From NCBI GenBank assembly GCA_045837725.1, contig JBEWZL010000077.1, positions 372,001 through 436,000 of the forward strand: 64,000 bases of DNA. The letters run 5' to 3'. The notes beneath the pieces were generated by a model. The model saw only the letters and a list, made by a program, of their open reading frames with translations, made no database searches and had not been told where the DNA came from. A program made the position numbers and the translations under genes. Origin of the DNA: Vermamoeba vermiformis. Lineage: Eukaryota. Positions within the stretch are counted from its first letter, which is position 1. Every line of letters starts with the position of its first letter. Of the stretch, positions 1-12,190 are shown in pieces.

Positions 1-1493
1 TCAGACTTAGTGGCAATTTGTTTCGGTAAGCGGCGTAGCTCCATCCAGCAAGAGATGCACCGAACACAACTTGCGTAGCTTTCGTTAAGTACTTTGCATC
101 GGCCTGAATATAAAAGGTATGCATAAATATATATTATATTGAGCTATATGAATATTTCTTACGCGTTGGTAATTATAATTCCACACTTGCGTCATGTCCC
201 AATCATTCGAGGCCATGTCGTTGAAATAGACCGTTGATAACATGCCGAAATTAGCCTTATTGTCGTGCAATTTCTTGCTCAAATTGTAATATTTGTCATA
301 AGTCACTGGATCTTTCTTCAATTCGTCGCGTAATTTCGGGTTGGCCATGTACGATGCCAAAATTAGACCAGTCTTGGTTGGATATGATGTATGAAGTCTA
401 TCTAAAATATAATACAGCTCTGGTATTCTGCTCAATCGTACGGCACCACTCTCTGTTTGCAACAAATTGCCCATAGATCGGACGACGGATCCAACTTTAT
501 CAGGAACCTTTTGATCTTTGATTTCTGACTCGCCCATACGATCAGTGTTCTTAAGTATGAGCTCTATCGCACCTTTTTCAATAGCTGCGTGTGCTGCTTC
601 AGGCACACGAGTAATTTTGTTGAAGAAATCGAGCGTACCCGTCTAAATAAGGAAAGTTTAGTTTTAAATTAACCTAATCGATCAAAATTACGCATAAATT
701 ATAGTGGATGGTATCATGATTACTTACGTCCCAACGCTTCTGATACTTCAACAACGAAATTGCCAGATCGACTCCACCAACTCGTTTGGCGTGTTCGTAT
801 GAGATTGGAGACGAGATCAATAGGTAACGCATGTTAGCATCCCAAAGCTCGTTATTATCCTTGGCACTATCAGTCTTCTTTTTTGATCGTGTTTCCGTTT
901 CGGAAGATGCAGATTTCGAACTTGATTGTGGTAAATTGAGGGCCTTACTAAAGAACGTAACTATTCTAGCTTTGATGTCCTTTTCATCGCCTATCATAAT
1001 AATAAGCAATTAGTGCGCCAACATCAGAAAGATTTCAACCAGCAGATTCGCGATCGGCGGTTGACATTTCGGAAGCTATAATTCAGTAATTACAATATTA
1101 TAACAGTACTTACTCTTCAATGCGTTCAAATCCGTTAATAAATGACGCAAATGAGGCACGGGCTCGATTAAAAACGATGCCACTAAACCTCCAACGACTA
1201 TTCCCAAGCTGCTGCGGGCATTAAGAAAGCGCAAGTACAATTCCTATTATAATGAATAATATTACTATCGGATTATAGCCGCTAATTAATTATAATTTAT
1301 GCATTATAATCTCCGTAGCAATTAAATTCTCCGGATTCGATCGACGGCTTACCTTTTCTTCGTTCACCTAATAAGTATAGCCGGTTAATAATAATATTAT
1401 AAATAAAGATTTAAAAATTTTAGGCTTACCATTCCTTTGAACAGGACTTGATCTTGGAAATGACGAACAGCTTGGCGGAACATATTAACAGAT
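1..1493 (-). CDS. Multi-exon protein of unknown function (possible targeting peptide plus hydrophobic segment, helical/ARM-like body); 3' end may run off the window
   Basis: ATG at 1493 (MFRQAVRHFQDQVLFKGM|gtaag), 15-nt exon 1367-1353, then an exon ELYLRFLNARSSLGIVVGGLVASFLI and ORF-track segments 674-1009 and 85-606 bounded by GT/AG sites. No family motif recognised. Confidence 0.6.
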
Positions 1494-1774
1494 GAAAGCC
1501 TCAATAAAACAATGCAGCTCTTGTGCTATTCTATCAATAAAACGTGAAATCAAATAACCAAAACAGTTGTTGTGAATTTAACGTGAGTTATTAAGATTGA
1601 CAGAAACCCGACACAATTTCGATTTGTTGCAAGATTTGTGTGGCCGATCTGCTCAATCTTTACAAGTTTAATATAATAGTAAGTGGCATTAGGCTATTTA
1701 AATGGCAGATTTAAGTTTGAATGTACGGATTGCGCGCTTTTTTGAACGTCGTCTTAGCAATAAAGGTGATTCAT

Positions 1775-3069
1775 TTATTCACTATCATCATCATCGCCAT
1801 CATCGTTATTATTATTGTTGTTATTATTGTTAGAATCTGATGCGTCTGTACCGTCATTCAATTTTCTTCTCTTGCGCGTTCTTTTTCGCTTCTTCTTTTC
1901 GCCCTAAGTTGCAAATTAGCAACAGAATATAATAACTATTAACTAGTAAATAACGTACATCAGTGCTATTTTCATTCTGTTGCTGTGGTTGTTGAGGAGG
2001 TTTCTTTTGTTTCTTCTTAACAGACAGAGGATTCGGTCCTTGAGCGCGTTTCCTCTTCCGTAACAAGTGCTGTAACTTGGCTTGGACTTCTGGATTTGCA
2101 TTTTCTTTCTTTTCTGTCTCGCGTATTTTCTCTGCCATGGCTGTCTCAGCGTTAGACGGCCTTGCTTTTTCTCGTTCAACCTAAATAAGATATAGTATTA
2201 ATAATTGTATTTTTAAATAACAAAGTAGTATGTTCGAGCTCCGATAATTGTATTCGATGTAATCAGAGGATGGATTTGATCTGGGACTCGAATAGATTGT
2301 TTGAATAGAGCAAAGTGCGTACCTTATTTTGATATTTCATACTAGCGGGTGACGGAGTGTCTAATATAAGCATATTGTTCATGATAAAGAAGGTGGGAAC
2401 GCCAGGCATATGATACAAAATATTTCTCAACTTCTCGTCCATTGCACCGACGAAGTATTCCTTGTTATTCTCGACCAATGATCTTACACATTCATTAGCA
2501 GACACTGTCTATAAGAAACTTTCGTTAGTACACGAAAGAAATGGTTTTTCGGATCGCGACGAAACTTACTTCATGAGTGTGAGGGCACTTTACGTGCTCT
2601 AATCTTCGTGCCAAAGTATGAGCTCCCGAGTAGGCATCACCTAAATTATCAGAATTAATAAAAATAATAATCAAGGAGCTACTACGTGCCTCTTTGTCGG
2701 ATGTCAGCAACAATACAGCGTGTAACTACTGGGAATGCTTTCTCTTGCAGAATTTTTGGAATCATATCTCTGAAGTATACCTTTTTATCGAGGGCATGTT
2801 GAATAAACGGCCCATCAACTGTTGCAAATGGATCGCATCAGAAATTTATTAACTTATTCCGGAAACTAAATTATTAACTGCCTCTACGGCTATAAATTGC
2901 ACTAAAATTAGGTGATATTTTATCCTTAATTATAAAAAGATTAAATATTAAATTGACGCGATCAGATCGTGATCTTACCCAAAACTTTGTATGGCGGCTC
3001 AATGCCGAAGTTAATTTTGTAAAATAACAAATGCTTTCTATACTTCTTTCCTCTACTAACTCGACCCAT
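1775..3069 (-). CDS. UTP23: rRNA-processing protein UTP23 (Fcf1/PIN-like)
   Basis: Spliced reading: MGRVSRGKKYRKHLLFYKINFGIEPPYKVL / DGPFIQHAL / ARRLEHVKCPH / ECVRSLV..YFVGAMDEKLR..PGVP / KRKRAQGPNPLSVKKK. The GPNPLS-KKK motif is typical of Utp23. Confidence 0.9.
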
Positions 3070-3179
3070 GGTGATATGTTGATTAGGTTGTGTTTAATGG
3101 ACGCAGTTTTTTCCCACAATAAATCAAGCACCAAGGATCTGATTCACTTATTACTGCCATAAATCGTTAATTATTCTTT

Positions 3180-3321
3180 AACTGATGGCATTACCGCACG
3201 GTGTTGCCTCTCGCAAGAGACATTAAACTAGCAATGTCCCGTCGAAAACCATTAGGAGAGTAAATGCATTTGTGGGTGAGGCATTGCTGATATACCTATG
3301 AACTCTGCCACAATCACATCT
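3180..3321 (+). ncRNA. Candidate box H/ACA snoRNA
   Basis: Hairpin 1: CTGATGG(3182-3188)/CCATTAG(3249-3255) and ACGG(3198-3201)/CCGT(3239-3242) around an internal loop. H box AGAGTA at 3257-3262, 14 nt from the upper stem. Hairpin 2: TTGTGG(3270-3275)/CCACAA(3308-3313). ACA at 3316-3318. Confidence 0.6.
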
Positions 3322-3377
3322 GCTAAATTCTACCTTTCTTTTTGCCCAAGCAACTAACTTCCTTCTAATAAACGAAA

Positions 3378-3537
3378 TCCGACACTTCGGTCAGCGATCT
3401 GATGAGGGCTTCTCAAAATGAGCACACGCACGCTGCTCTAGCATAAATGTGATCTCAAGGTGTGCAAATAGCTTTCTATACGAGCCGGTCAGCAGGGTCG
3501 TGGGTACAAGCTGGTCGGGAGGGTTTTTAGCTTTTTG
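3378..3537 (+). ncRNA. Unidentified structured RNA candidate followed by T-runs
   Basis: GC-rich island in an AT-rich intergenic region with nested helices (CGATCTGATGA/TCAGCAGGGTCG, GGCTT/GAGCC, CTCA/TGAG, CACAC/GTGTG, ATAG/CTAT) followed by TTTTT tracts. Confidence 0.35.
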
Positions 3538-3690
3538 TTCTTTGTCCGAGAGAACACAAGTGGTCCTTTATATTTTTCAGCCTTTGAAGCAGTACTCATT
3601 TGTAATATATAAAACTGCTTTCAACAGCCTATTCAGGTCGAGTTTCGTCGCATTTTTGGTTCAGATTCGCGATGAATAATTCATAAAACC

Positions 3691-6600
3691 ATGGTAAGCA
3701 ACCTCATAGTGCGAATGCTTCACGGAAACATTTATTGTGCACGAGCAAATATATTATAATTGATGAAATCTTTAAAATAGTTCTGAATCAAGCTACTAAA
3801 TTGTTTGTCGTGTCACTGAATATCTTGAACAGCCAAAATTATTGAAAATTGTTATCAATTATTTACTTGACTAGTTTTCGGTGATGCGACTATCTTTTGT
3901 TTTTTGTGCTTTTATTCTGGACGACGAAAAATATTTCGATCCAGTTCAAAATTTCGCGCCCTTTTCGTAATTCTTTAGCCTTTACGCAAATGTTGTTATA
4001 CTGCATTTCCATGATATTAACGTTTCTTTTGTCATAGAGCTCACCTGATAGTAACACACGAGCCTCCCGAGTGAGGAAGAGGAAGATCGACCCCGATAAC
4101 ATTCTCGAAGAAGACGTGTTGTCGGACGTGTCTGACGAGGTGGCGCCTCCTCCTCGCAAAAAACAACGAACTTACAGCAAGAAAGATGCCGCCGGACTGG
4201 GCAAGGGCAAAGGCAAAGGAAAGGGCAAGGGTAAAGGCAAGGGCGCGAACAAAGAGGACAACAACACCAACGAGCTGTCGTCCCCTCCTGCTTTGAGCAA
4301 CAACGACAACTCCACCAGCGAGGTATGTGCTACTAAGCAGTTCCAATATCAGGTGTACTAATTGCGGTGCAGGGACCTGAAACCTCTCCCAATGGTGACA
4401 ATAAGAAGGGTCTCAAGATCACACTGACCATCAAGAAGAGTCCGACAGGTGACGGCAAACAAGTCATCGCTGCCTCTCAGACTTCGCCTACGCCACGAAC
4501 ACCAAGCATTCGAACACGCACTAACGCCAGTGCTGAACCCTCACCTGCCTTCCAAACCCCTCAAACTCCGCACACTCCCCACACCCCTCATACTCCGTAC
4601 ACACCTCGAAGTATGTTCTCACCGGCCTCGCACGATGACAGCATGCTCTTCTCAAGCCCTGGTGAAATCTCGTTGGCCACTCCTGGCAGACCCGCCACGA
4701 GCAACAAGAAGCGTCCATCAGCCTATCCGTTCACGGTTACAGAGCTGTTCCAAACGATGGATTCTTTCTTCAGCACACCTAATCCCTTTGAGGTGGGCAA
4801 GAAAGTTGCACTCACCGTTCAAAAGGACGCGAAGATTTTGAAGCGAGCCACAGAGCTTCAACGTGAAGGTATCCTTACAAGGAAGATTGCCAAAGTACCA
4901 GAAATGCCTCGAAACAAGACGCACTGGGACTACCTTTTGGATGAAATGGTGTGGCTGTCCACTGACTTCCGAGAGGAGCGCAAGTGGAAGATCGCCATGG
5001 CAAAGAAAATTGCTAAGTAAGTTTTGGAAATAGATGATAAATGATCAGTACTAACGATTGATTAGGGCTGTACAAAAGTACCACGATGAAAAGAGGAAAG
5101 AGAGTGACAAGACGACGCGCGAGTCGGAGTTTGGCACTCGTCAAGTTGCCAAGTGGATCTGGCGCGAAGTTCGAAATTCTTACTGGAAGAAGATCGAAGA
5201 ATTAGTTGTATATAAGCATCAATTAGAACTTGATCAGAAGAAAAAGAAAGCTCTCGACAAGCACTTGGACTATCTCGTCGGCCAAACCGAAAAGTTCTCG
5301 ACAATGTTAGCTCAAGACCTCGTCGCGGAGAAACCTGAACAGCCTAAGATTGTTCCTCTTGAGTCTGCTGACAGTCAGCAATCCAACTCGAACGTGCAGC
5401 CTTCTGTAAAGGAAGAAGAGGACGAGTTCGATCCGTCAAAAGTCAAAGAAGAGGAAGACGACGAAGAGACTCTTATTGCCGCTGAAAAGGAAGCCAGCGA
5501 CGTTCCTAAAGGCAAGGAAGAAATCGATTTACTGCAAAAGGAAAGCGAGATTCCTATGGAAGATATCATCGCTGAATACAAAGAGGCCCTGAAGCACGAA
5601 GAAAGTGAAAGGACGGGTGCTGAAAGTGACAGCGAAGAAGAAAGCGGCGGTGAAGAGAGCGCTGGTCTTGAATACCTCATTGGAGAAGATGACGATGAGA
5701 AAGATCAGAATGAAGAAGCTACTCTTGAGTCCGCTTCAGCACTTGCCTCTGCTGCCCAGCCCACTGGCAACACTCTCGACACTACCAAGATCAGAGTCAA
5801 GGTGCCTCCATTAATTAAGGGTAAGGAAGACGTGACGTTCTATTCTTGCTTGTACGAGTACTAACAAATATTTAGGAAATCTGCGCGAATATCAACAAAT
5901 TGGTCTCGATTGGCTCGTGACCATGTACGAAAAGAACCTCAATGGTATTCTTGCAGACGAAATGGGTCTCGGCAAAACAATTCAGACGATCTCCCTGTTG
6001 GCCTATCTTGCCTGCGAGAAAGAGGTTTGGGGTCCGCACTTGATCATCGTGCCGAGTTCCGTGCTTCTGAACTGGGAAATGGAGTTAAAGCGATGGTGCC
6101 CTGGCTTCAAGATTCTTACTTATTTTGGTACTCAGAAGCAACGTAAACTAAAACGTGTTGGTTGGACCAAGCCTAACTCGTTCCACGTCTGCTTGACCTC
6201 GTACAAATTGATCACACAAGATCAACACGTGTTCAAGAGAAAGAAGTGGCATTATATCATTTTGGACGAAGCGCATCATATCAAGAACTTCAAGTCACAG
6301 CTCTGGCAGACTCTCTTGAACTTCAGCTCAAAGCGAAGGTTGCTGCTAACAGGCACACCGCTGCAGAACGATTTGATGGAGTTGTGGTCGCTGATGCACT
6401 TCTTGATGCCTCACGTCTTCCAATCGCACAAAGAGTTCAAAGACTGGTTCTCGAACCCTGTAAATAATATGATCGAAGGTTCAGACAAGGTCAATGGCGA
6501 CGTTATTCAGCGATTGCACGGTGTTCTACGGCCGTTCTTGCTTCGTAGATTGAAGAAAGATGTCGAGAAGCAGTTGCCTCAGAAGCACGAGCACGTCATC

Positions 6601-9600
6601 ATGTGCCGACTATCAAAGCGACAAAGATATCTGTACGAAGAGTTCATGTCGCGTAGCAACACGAAGACGACACTAGCGAGTGGAAACTACTTGGGCATTG
6701 CAAACGTTTTGATGCAACTTCGAAAAGTTTGCAACCATCCTGATCTGTTTGAAACCCGACCAATAGTTTCACCTTTCGATCAACTTCAACGAGTTCGCAT
6801 GTGGGTTCCATCACTTGCAATCAATGCCTTGAATTACAAGCCTCTTGATGACTTGAACTTGGATCATCTTAGCCTGCGGTTAATTGACACCGAGGAAGAT
6901 TCGCAAAACCAATTTATCACAACGACGCAGCTTCAACCTAAGAGGCCAAAGATCGTCGAAGTTGGTGCAAACTTGATCAAGGAGAAGAAAGAAGAATACG
7001 CCAAGGAGCACAAGTTGCCCTCAGTGTTTGACTCTTTCACCAAGGCTCGCGAGGACATTGAAATGCAAGAAATCAACGACCGCTTCAATTGTTTTGCAAC
7101 GGAGAATGAACATCGGTGCCACGAGAGACCTATCTTTGGCGAGGATCTTATCCGACTCGTTGAAGTTAAGTCTACGACAACAAAGACCGTGGAGAATAGC
7201 CAAGATCCGAAGAAGTACTTCGAGTACACTAATGCACTTCGTAATACGATCGTTTCTCCTGAAGAACGATCCGAACGTATGAACGAAGAGCTGACGAAAT
7301 TCCTTTGCTACATTCCATCGGCCAGAGCCCAGTCGATTCAGTTGCATTGCTCTCATCCTGACCCTTCGGAAGCCCTCAAGAAAGAGACCAGCAAACAAAA
7401 CATTATCGAAGAGCTCAACCCTGCCATGGACGTACTCCACACTGCCAATGTGCGCACGCAGATTTACTTCCCCGACAAGCGGTTGATTCAGTTTGACTGC
7501 GGCAAGTTGCAACAGTTGGACATTTTGCTTCGTCGACTCAAGACTGAAGGCCATCGCGCATTGATCTTCACGCAGATGTCAAAGATGTTGGACGTGTTCG
7601 AGATCTTCTTGAACATTCACGGCCACACTTACTTGCGATTGGATGGCACGACTAAGGTCGAGCGAAGACAGTATCTTATGGAGCGATTCAACAATGACCC
7701 CAAGATCTTCTTGTTCATTTTGTCGACTAGAACAGGAGGTGTTGGTGTCAACTTGACAGGCGCGGATACTGTCATCTTCTACGACAGTGACTGGAACCCT
7801 GCTATGGATCAACAGGCCCAGGACAGATGTCACAGAATCGGTCAGACTCGTGAAGTCAACATCTATCGATTGGTCTCTGAGCACACGATTGAAGAGAACA
7901 TTCTTAAGAAGGCACGACAAAAGCGCGAGCTGGATAAGCTTGTCATCAAGCAGGGCAACTTCACAACTGATTTCTTCAAGCAAATCGATTTGAAGGAGCT
8001 CATCTCCGACGCTAAGGCCAGTGCTGGTGTTCAACAAGACGACCAAGACATTCAACAGCTCAATGAAGGCGATCTTGAGAAAGCCTTTACAGCCGCTGAA
8101 GACGAGTCTGATGCCTTGGCATTGAAGACTGCTCAACGCGAACAAGCCGCGCTCGACGTTGGCGAAGAGAACGAGTTTAATGAAACGGCTCCTGCTGCTG
8201 AAGAACAAAAGGAGATCAAATTCGAATTCGAGAACGAGTTGATGCCTGTAGAACGATACGGCATGCGCTTCGTCGAGACTGTCAACCCAGTCATCGATAA
8301 GAATGCACTGGAAGAGGCTCACCGTGAGCTCGAAATGGAAGAAAAGCAGTGGGAAGAAGGCACTAAGAAGTTGATGCAAATGAATCAAGTGAGTGCTCCT
8401 GATAATGATGACGATATTTCTCCGATTAAATACAAACCTCGTGGTCGCAAAGGTCGGCCACGAAAGTCCGATACCAATAATAATAACAATAATAATAAGA
8501 AAAATACTCCTAATAAGGCCAATAATAACGACGAGGATATTTCGAATAGTGGTGACCAATAATAATTTTTAAACCTACCGAAATACTATGAAAAATTTCT
8601 AACCAGCTTATTCTAATTTTGTACAAGTAATTATTTTCGATAGAATAAGCTGGAGAATTTTTTATTTTTAATCGGATCTACATCCATATTTGGTTTGCAA
8701 AAAGAAATAAACCAAAAATTCAACAAAAATCGATTACACGCGATCACCACTATACTACGTATTTACACTATTTAACACATTTTCAATCTCTTGTTGCTAT
8801 CAAATATGGATGTATAATTATTATTAAGTCACCATTTAATTATTCTCGGGCACCAATTCGTTTTTGCGGATCGAGATCTTCCCTTGAAATTCGGACTTTT
8901 CAACGCTTCATCCATGTTTGAGCAGCAAGAGAAAATTCTTTAAAATTTGTGTACTTGTTACGTTTATTGTATGTAAGCGCGTGTCTCAAGCATGGAGCGG
9001 CTGAAAGGTAAAGTTCGGATCAAGGGGTTCAGATCGACTGTAAAAGCAAATTGGTGCAAAATAGATTGCAAAAGTAGTGAGTATATCTAACTTAATAACA
9101 ATAGACGGGTGATAAGGAGCGTCGAGAGGCTTTAGATCTTGATCTCGACAGCAAATCTGAGCGCGATGGTTACAGTTACGAGGAAGAAGAGGAATTGTTC
9201 TATGAAATCACTGACGCGCTGAAAGAAGAAATAGAAAGCAAGATTAAGAGCGGCGAGATCATGTTGTACGCGCCTCCCAATCCCGACAGAGAATTTGATC
9301 TGTACAAGCCACCCTATGATGACTTGGAGTACTTGCCTTTGGTGCTCGGAATATTCGAGAGAGCGGCAGAGGAGCCTAAGAGGTACAGAGAAAATATGTC
9401 ACGATGCTGTTGGTCAGATCTAACGACTTAAACAGGGTGCCTAAGATCGCAATCACGCCTGCTGACAAAAAGAAATCTACTATTGGTGCAACCAAATCTT
9501 CGCAAAAGAAGAAGGGTCGCAAGGCTAATGAAGATCTTGACGAGTTGTGGAACGAACTTGAAGCCAACGCGATGGATCTGGTTGATGACGAGGTGCACGA

Positions 9601-11715
9601 AGAGGAAGAAGTGTTCACAGCCACCAAAAAGAAGCGAAAGAGAGTCATTAACGACGATGACTTCTCCATTGCAGATCCTTCGACACCAACAAATTTGGTA
9701 CGAAGACCTGGCAGACCACGCAAAGCAGTACCAGTCATCACTCTGCCCTCAGCACAGCCCAATGCACCTGAAGTCACGATGACCCTGCCTGGGCCAATCT
9801 CGACGCAAGTTGGTCAATATCCCGTCAGCGATGATCCCAACAAGGAAATTCCGCCCTTCACGGATGAGGAAGATCAGATGATTAAAGACAGCATTGAGAA
9901 GTGGGGCACGAACTGGGACTTGATTACTGACCTCGTCAATCACTACAAGGCACGAGCAAATGTTGGGCCAGGCCCGGCTGTCGTTCGCTTGAGGAGACAC
10001 GTGTTCGAACGATGGCGCGACACCATCTTGCCAACAACTACGCCAAATAACAACAATATTAATAACTCCAATATCAAGAAGAAAAGGTACGATAAGTCTT
10101 TGCTTTAAGGGGCTTGGTAAGGCTCACGAACTAACTTTGTGTTGTCAGGCAAATCTTGGGCACGAAGTATGTTGGCGTCATGGAAATGGTCAAGAAGTTC
10201 CTTGACGAGAAGCGTGGCTTGTCAGGTCGTTATGGCAGTGCAGCGCAGTCTACCAATGAAGCTGTTGAAACGAGCCATGTAACTCAAATCGCCGCACAAT
10301 CTGCTGCGCTGGGTGGCTTGCCCGTTCCTCCTAAGCCCGAGACTGGCGAGGCAGACTGGGACGTGTCTAAGACTTACAATCCACTCATGTTGGTCCGCCG
10401 TCGTTTGTCCAAGCCCGACACGGTGGCTAGTTATCGTGTTCCTGAGCCATCGCCGCTGCGTGAAGATGTGCCCGTGTGGTGCAAAGACATGACTAGCAGC
10501 GGCAAAACACCTGCAGCGAGAACAGCGACAGTCACTGCTACTTCAGCTGCCACACCTGTTGCACCTGTACCTCCAACTGTCGGCACTGCGCCAATCCCAG
10601 CCGCGGTATCAATGCTTCCCAGTGGTCCGACCCTCCCAACAGCTTCTCTTGCTGGTCCACCGACAATACCTCCCGGCCCAGTGCCTGCACTTCCCCCGCA
10701 GTCTCCTCAGGGCCCTCTGTCACCCGCGGCCGTGCCACCGCATGTACCTGCTGGCCTTGGCTTGCCCACTCGACCAGCACACGTCCCCCATGTGCCCACT
10801 GCATCGCCCATTCCTGTTCCTCAAACGGGACATGTGTCACTCCGCCCCACCACACCTGATGTGCCTATCAACCCGAGTGAAATTGAAGTGAGTCCCGGCG
10901 CTGGTGTGGGACGAGGCATGCGCATTCACACGTCACCTATATCAGTGCCAGCACCTGGGTACAACCCAACGGGCGTGCCTGTTGCTACTGGTACACCGCC
11001 AACAGGAGGACCTCCAAAAGCACCACGTGTAGTACTGCGCATTCCAAACATTAATCGCAGCACCCCGCACATGCCTGCAGGACAACCCACTGCTACTGGA
11101 GTACCGAATGTTGGCCCTCCTCCTGGCGTTGCGCGCCCTAACCCAACAACTCCTGGTGGTCACGTGCCCATTATGGTCCCTAAAGTACCTCAGGTTGGCA
11201 TACCAATGGTGCCCACTAATCCTACTGGTCCTCCTGGTGTACGTCCGATAGTAGTGCCTGGCACAGCTGGCCTCCCTGGTGCCATTCGTTCGCCGCCCAG
11301 TGGTCCTGTACCTCCCACTAGGGCAGTGCCACCTCATCCATTGCCCCGCGGACCTCTCGCCTTCCAGCCAAAGGTGCGTGTCTTGAGTCCTGGTGGTGCA
11401 CCACCAACTGCCGGTGTTCCAACGGGACCTCTTGCCGTGCCTAAAGGACCAGGTGTAGCAGCCCCTACTGGCAATCTCGTAGTGCGATTGAACCCTGGCG
11501 CACAACCAGCTGCTGCTCAGCCCAAAGCTTCACTTCTCGGCACGCTTGTCAACTACTGCATGAAGAAGTTCCCGACGCAAGTGATGCAAGTGCGTGAGAT
11601 TGCCATCAAGAAGGAGTTGCCTGAATTTCAGCGCGTTGAAATGCTGCGGAATATGATCCAACAGCTTGAACCCAATGCTCCCATCTTGACCATGTTCACG
11701 CAAGCGAAAAAATAA
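3691..11715 (+). CDS. SWR1: SWR1/Domino/PIE1-type SNF2 chromatin remodeller (HSA, split ATPase, AT-hook, SANT/Myb-like domain, Pro-rich tail); alternative short form ends at 8562
   Basis: HSA: KTHWDYLLDEMVWLSTDFREERKWK. ATPase motifs: NGILADEMGLGKT, ILDEAH, LLLTGTPLQN, FDCGKLQ, DSDWNPAMDQQAQDRCHRIGQ. SANT-like: FTDEEDQMIKDSIEKWGTNWDLI. The first coding exon is ATG only (3691-3693|gtaagc), spliced in frame to 4038. Confidence 0.92.
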
Positions 11716-11846
11716 TTGTTTTATTACAAGTTGTATTAAAGAAATGTACATAGTAAACTAATATTGTTTAAACCAGAGCTGGCGAGGTCAGTTGGAAAAA
11801 ATAGCAGTAAGATTTTTGACAGATACTGATTTTACGTGCATCACAG

Positions 11847-12190
11847 GGTTGCATTTAACCTGCGGGCACTCAACCAATCATATCTATCTGCAACAGCGCC
11901 AATGTCTACGTGACTGGCAACACAGTGACGTCACCAGGACAGTTCATCGCGAATGACAGAGCTGCACTGGCACGAGTTCTTGCTACATATCAAGCTGCCG
12001 CTGTCAAGAACTTTGCCGCGCAAAGTGTGACATCGGATATCGAGGAACCTGCCGTTCCAAATGATGTCTTCCGCCAGTATTGGAGGATGCCCCTACAACC
12101 GTTCAAACTGGCGAGTTTGTTAGTGGAGGCATTGGTCTGCCTTTAGCGGCGTATTGTAGTGTGATTGCCTTCGCCACTATCATTTTCTAA
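11847..12190 (+). pseudogene. Disrupted remnant of a Cys-rich surface protein with a GPI-signal-like hydrophobic C-terminus
   Basis: The frame starting at 11960 reads SCTGTSSCYISSCRCQELCRAKCDIGYRGTCRSK*CLPPVLEDAPTTVQTGEFVSGGIGLPLAAYCSVIAFATIIF*. In-frame TGA at 11954 and 12062; no clear start. Confidence 0.5.

Noticed and set aside
3373-3406. Hammerhead ribozyme core (CGAAA...GTC...CTGATGAG)
   Set aside because: The core nucleotides are in type II order, but stems I and II would each be only one base pair.
7579-8559. 326-aa antisense ORF, and other long antisense ORFs over the SWR1, coiled-coil and BRCT genes
   Set aside because: Shadows of codon bias in well-supported opposite-strand genes; no motifs.
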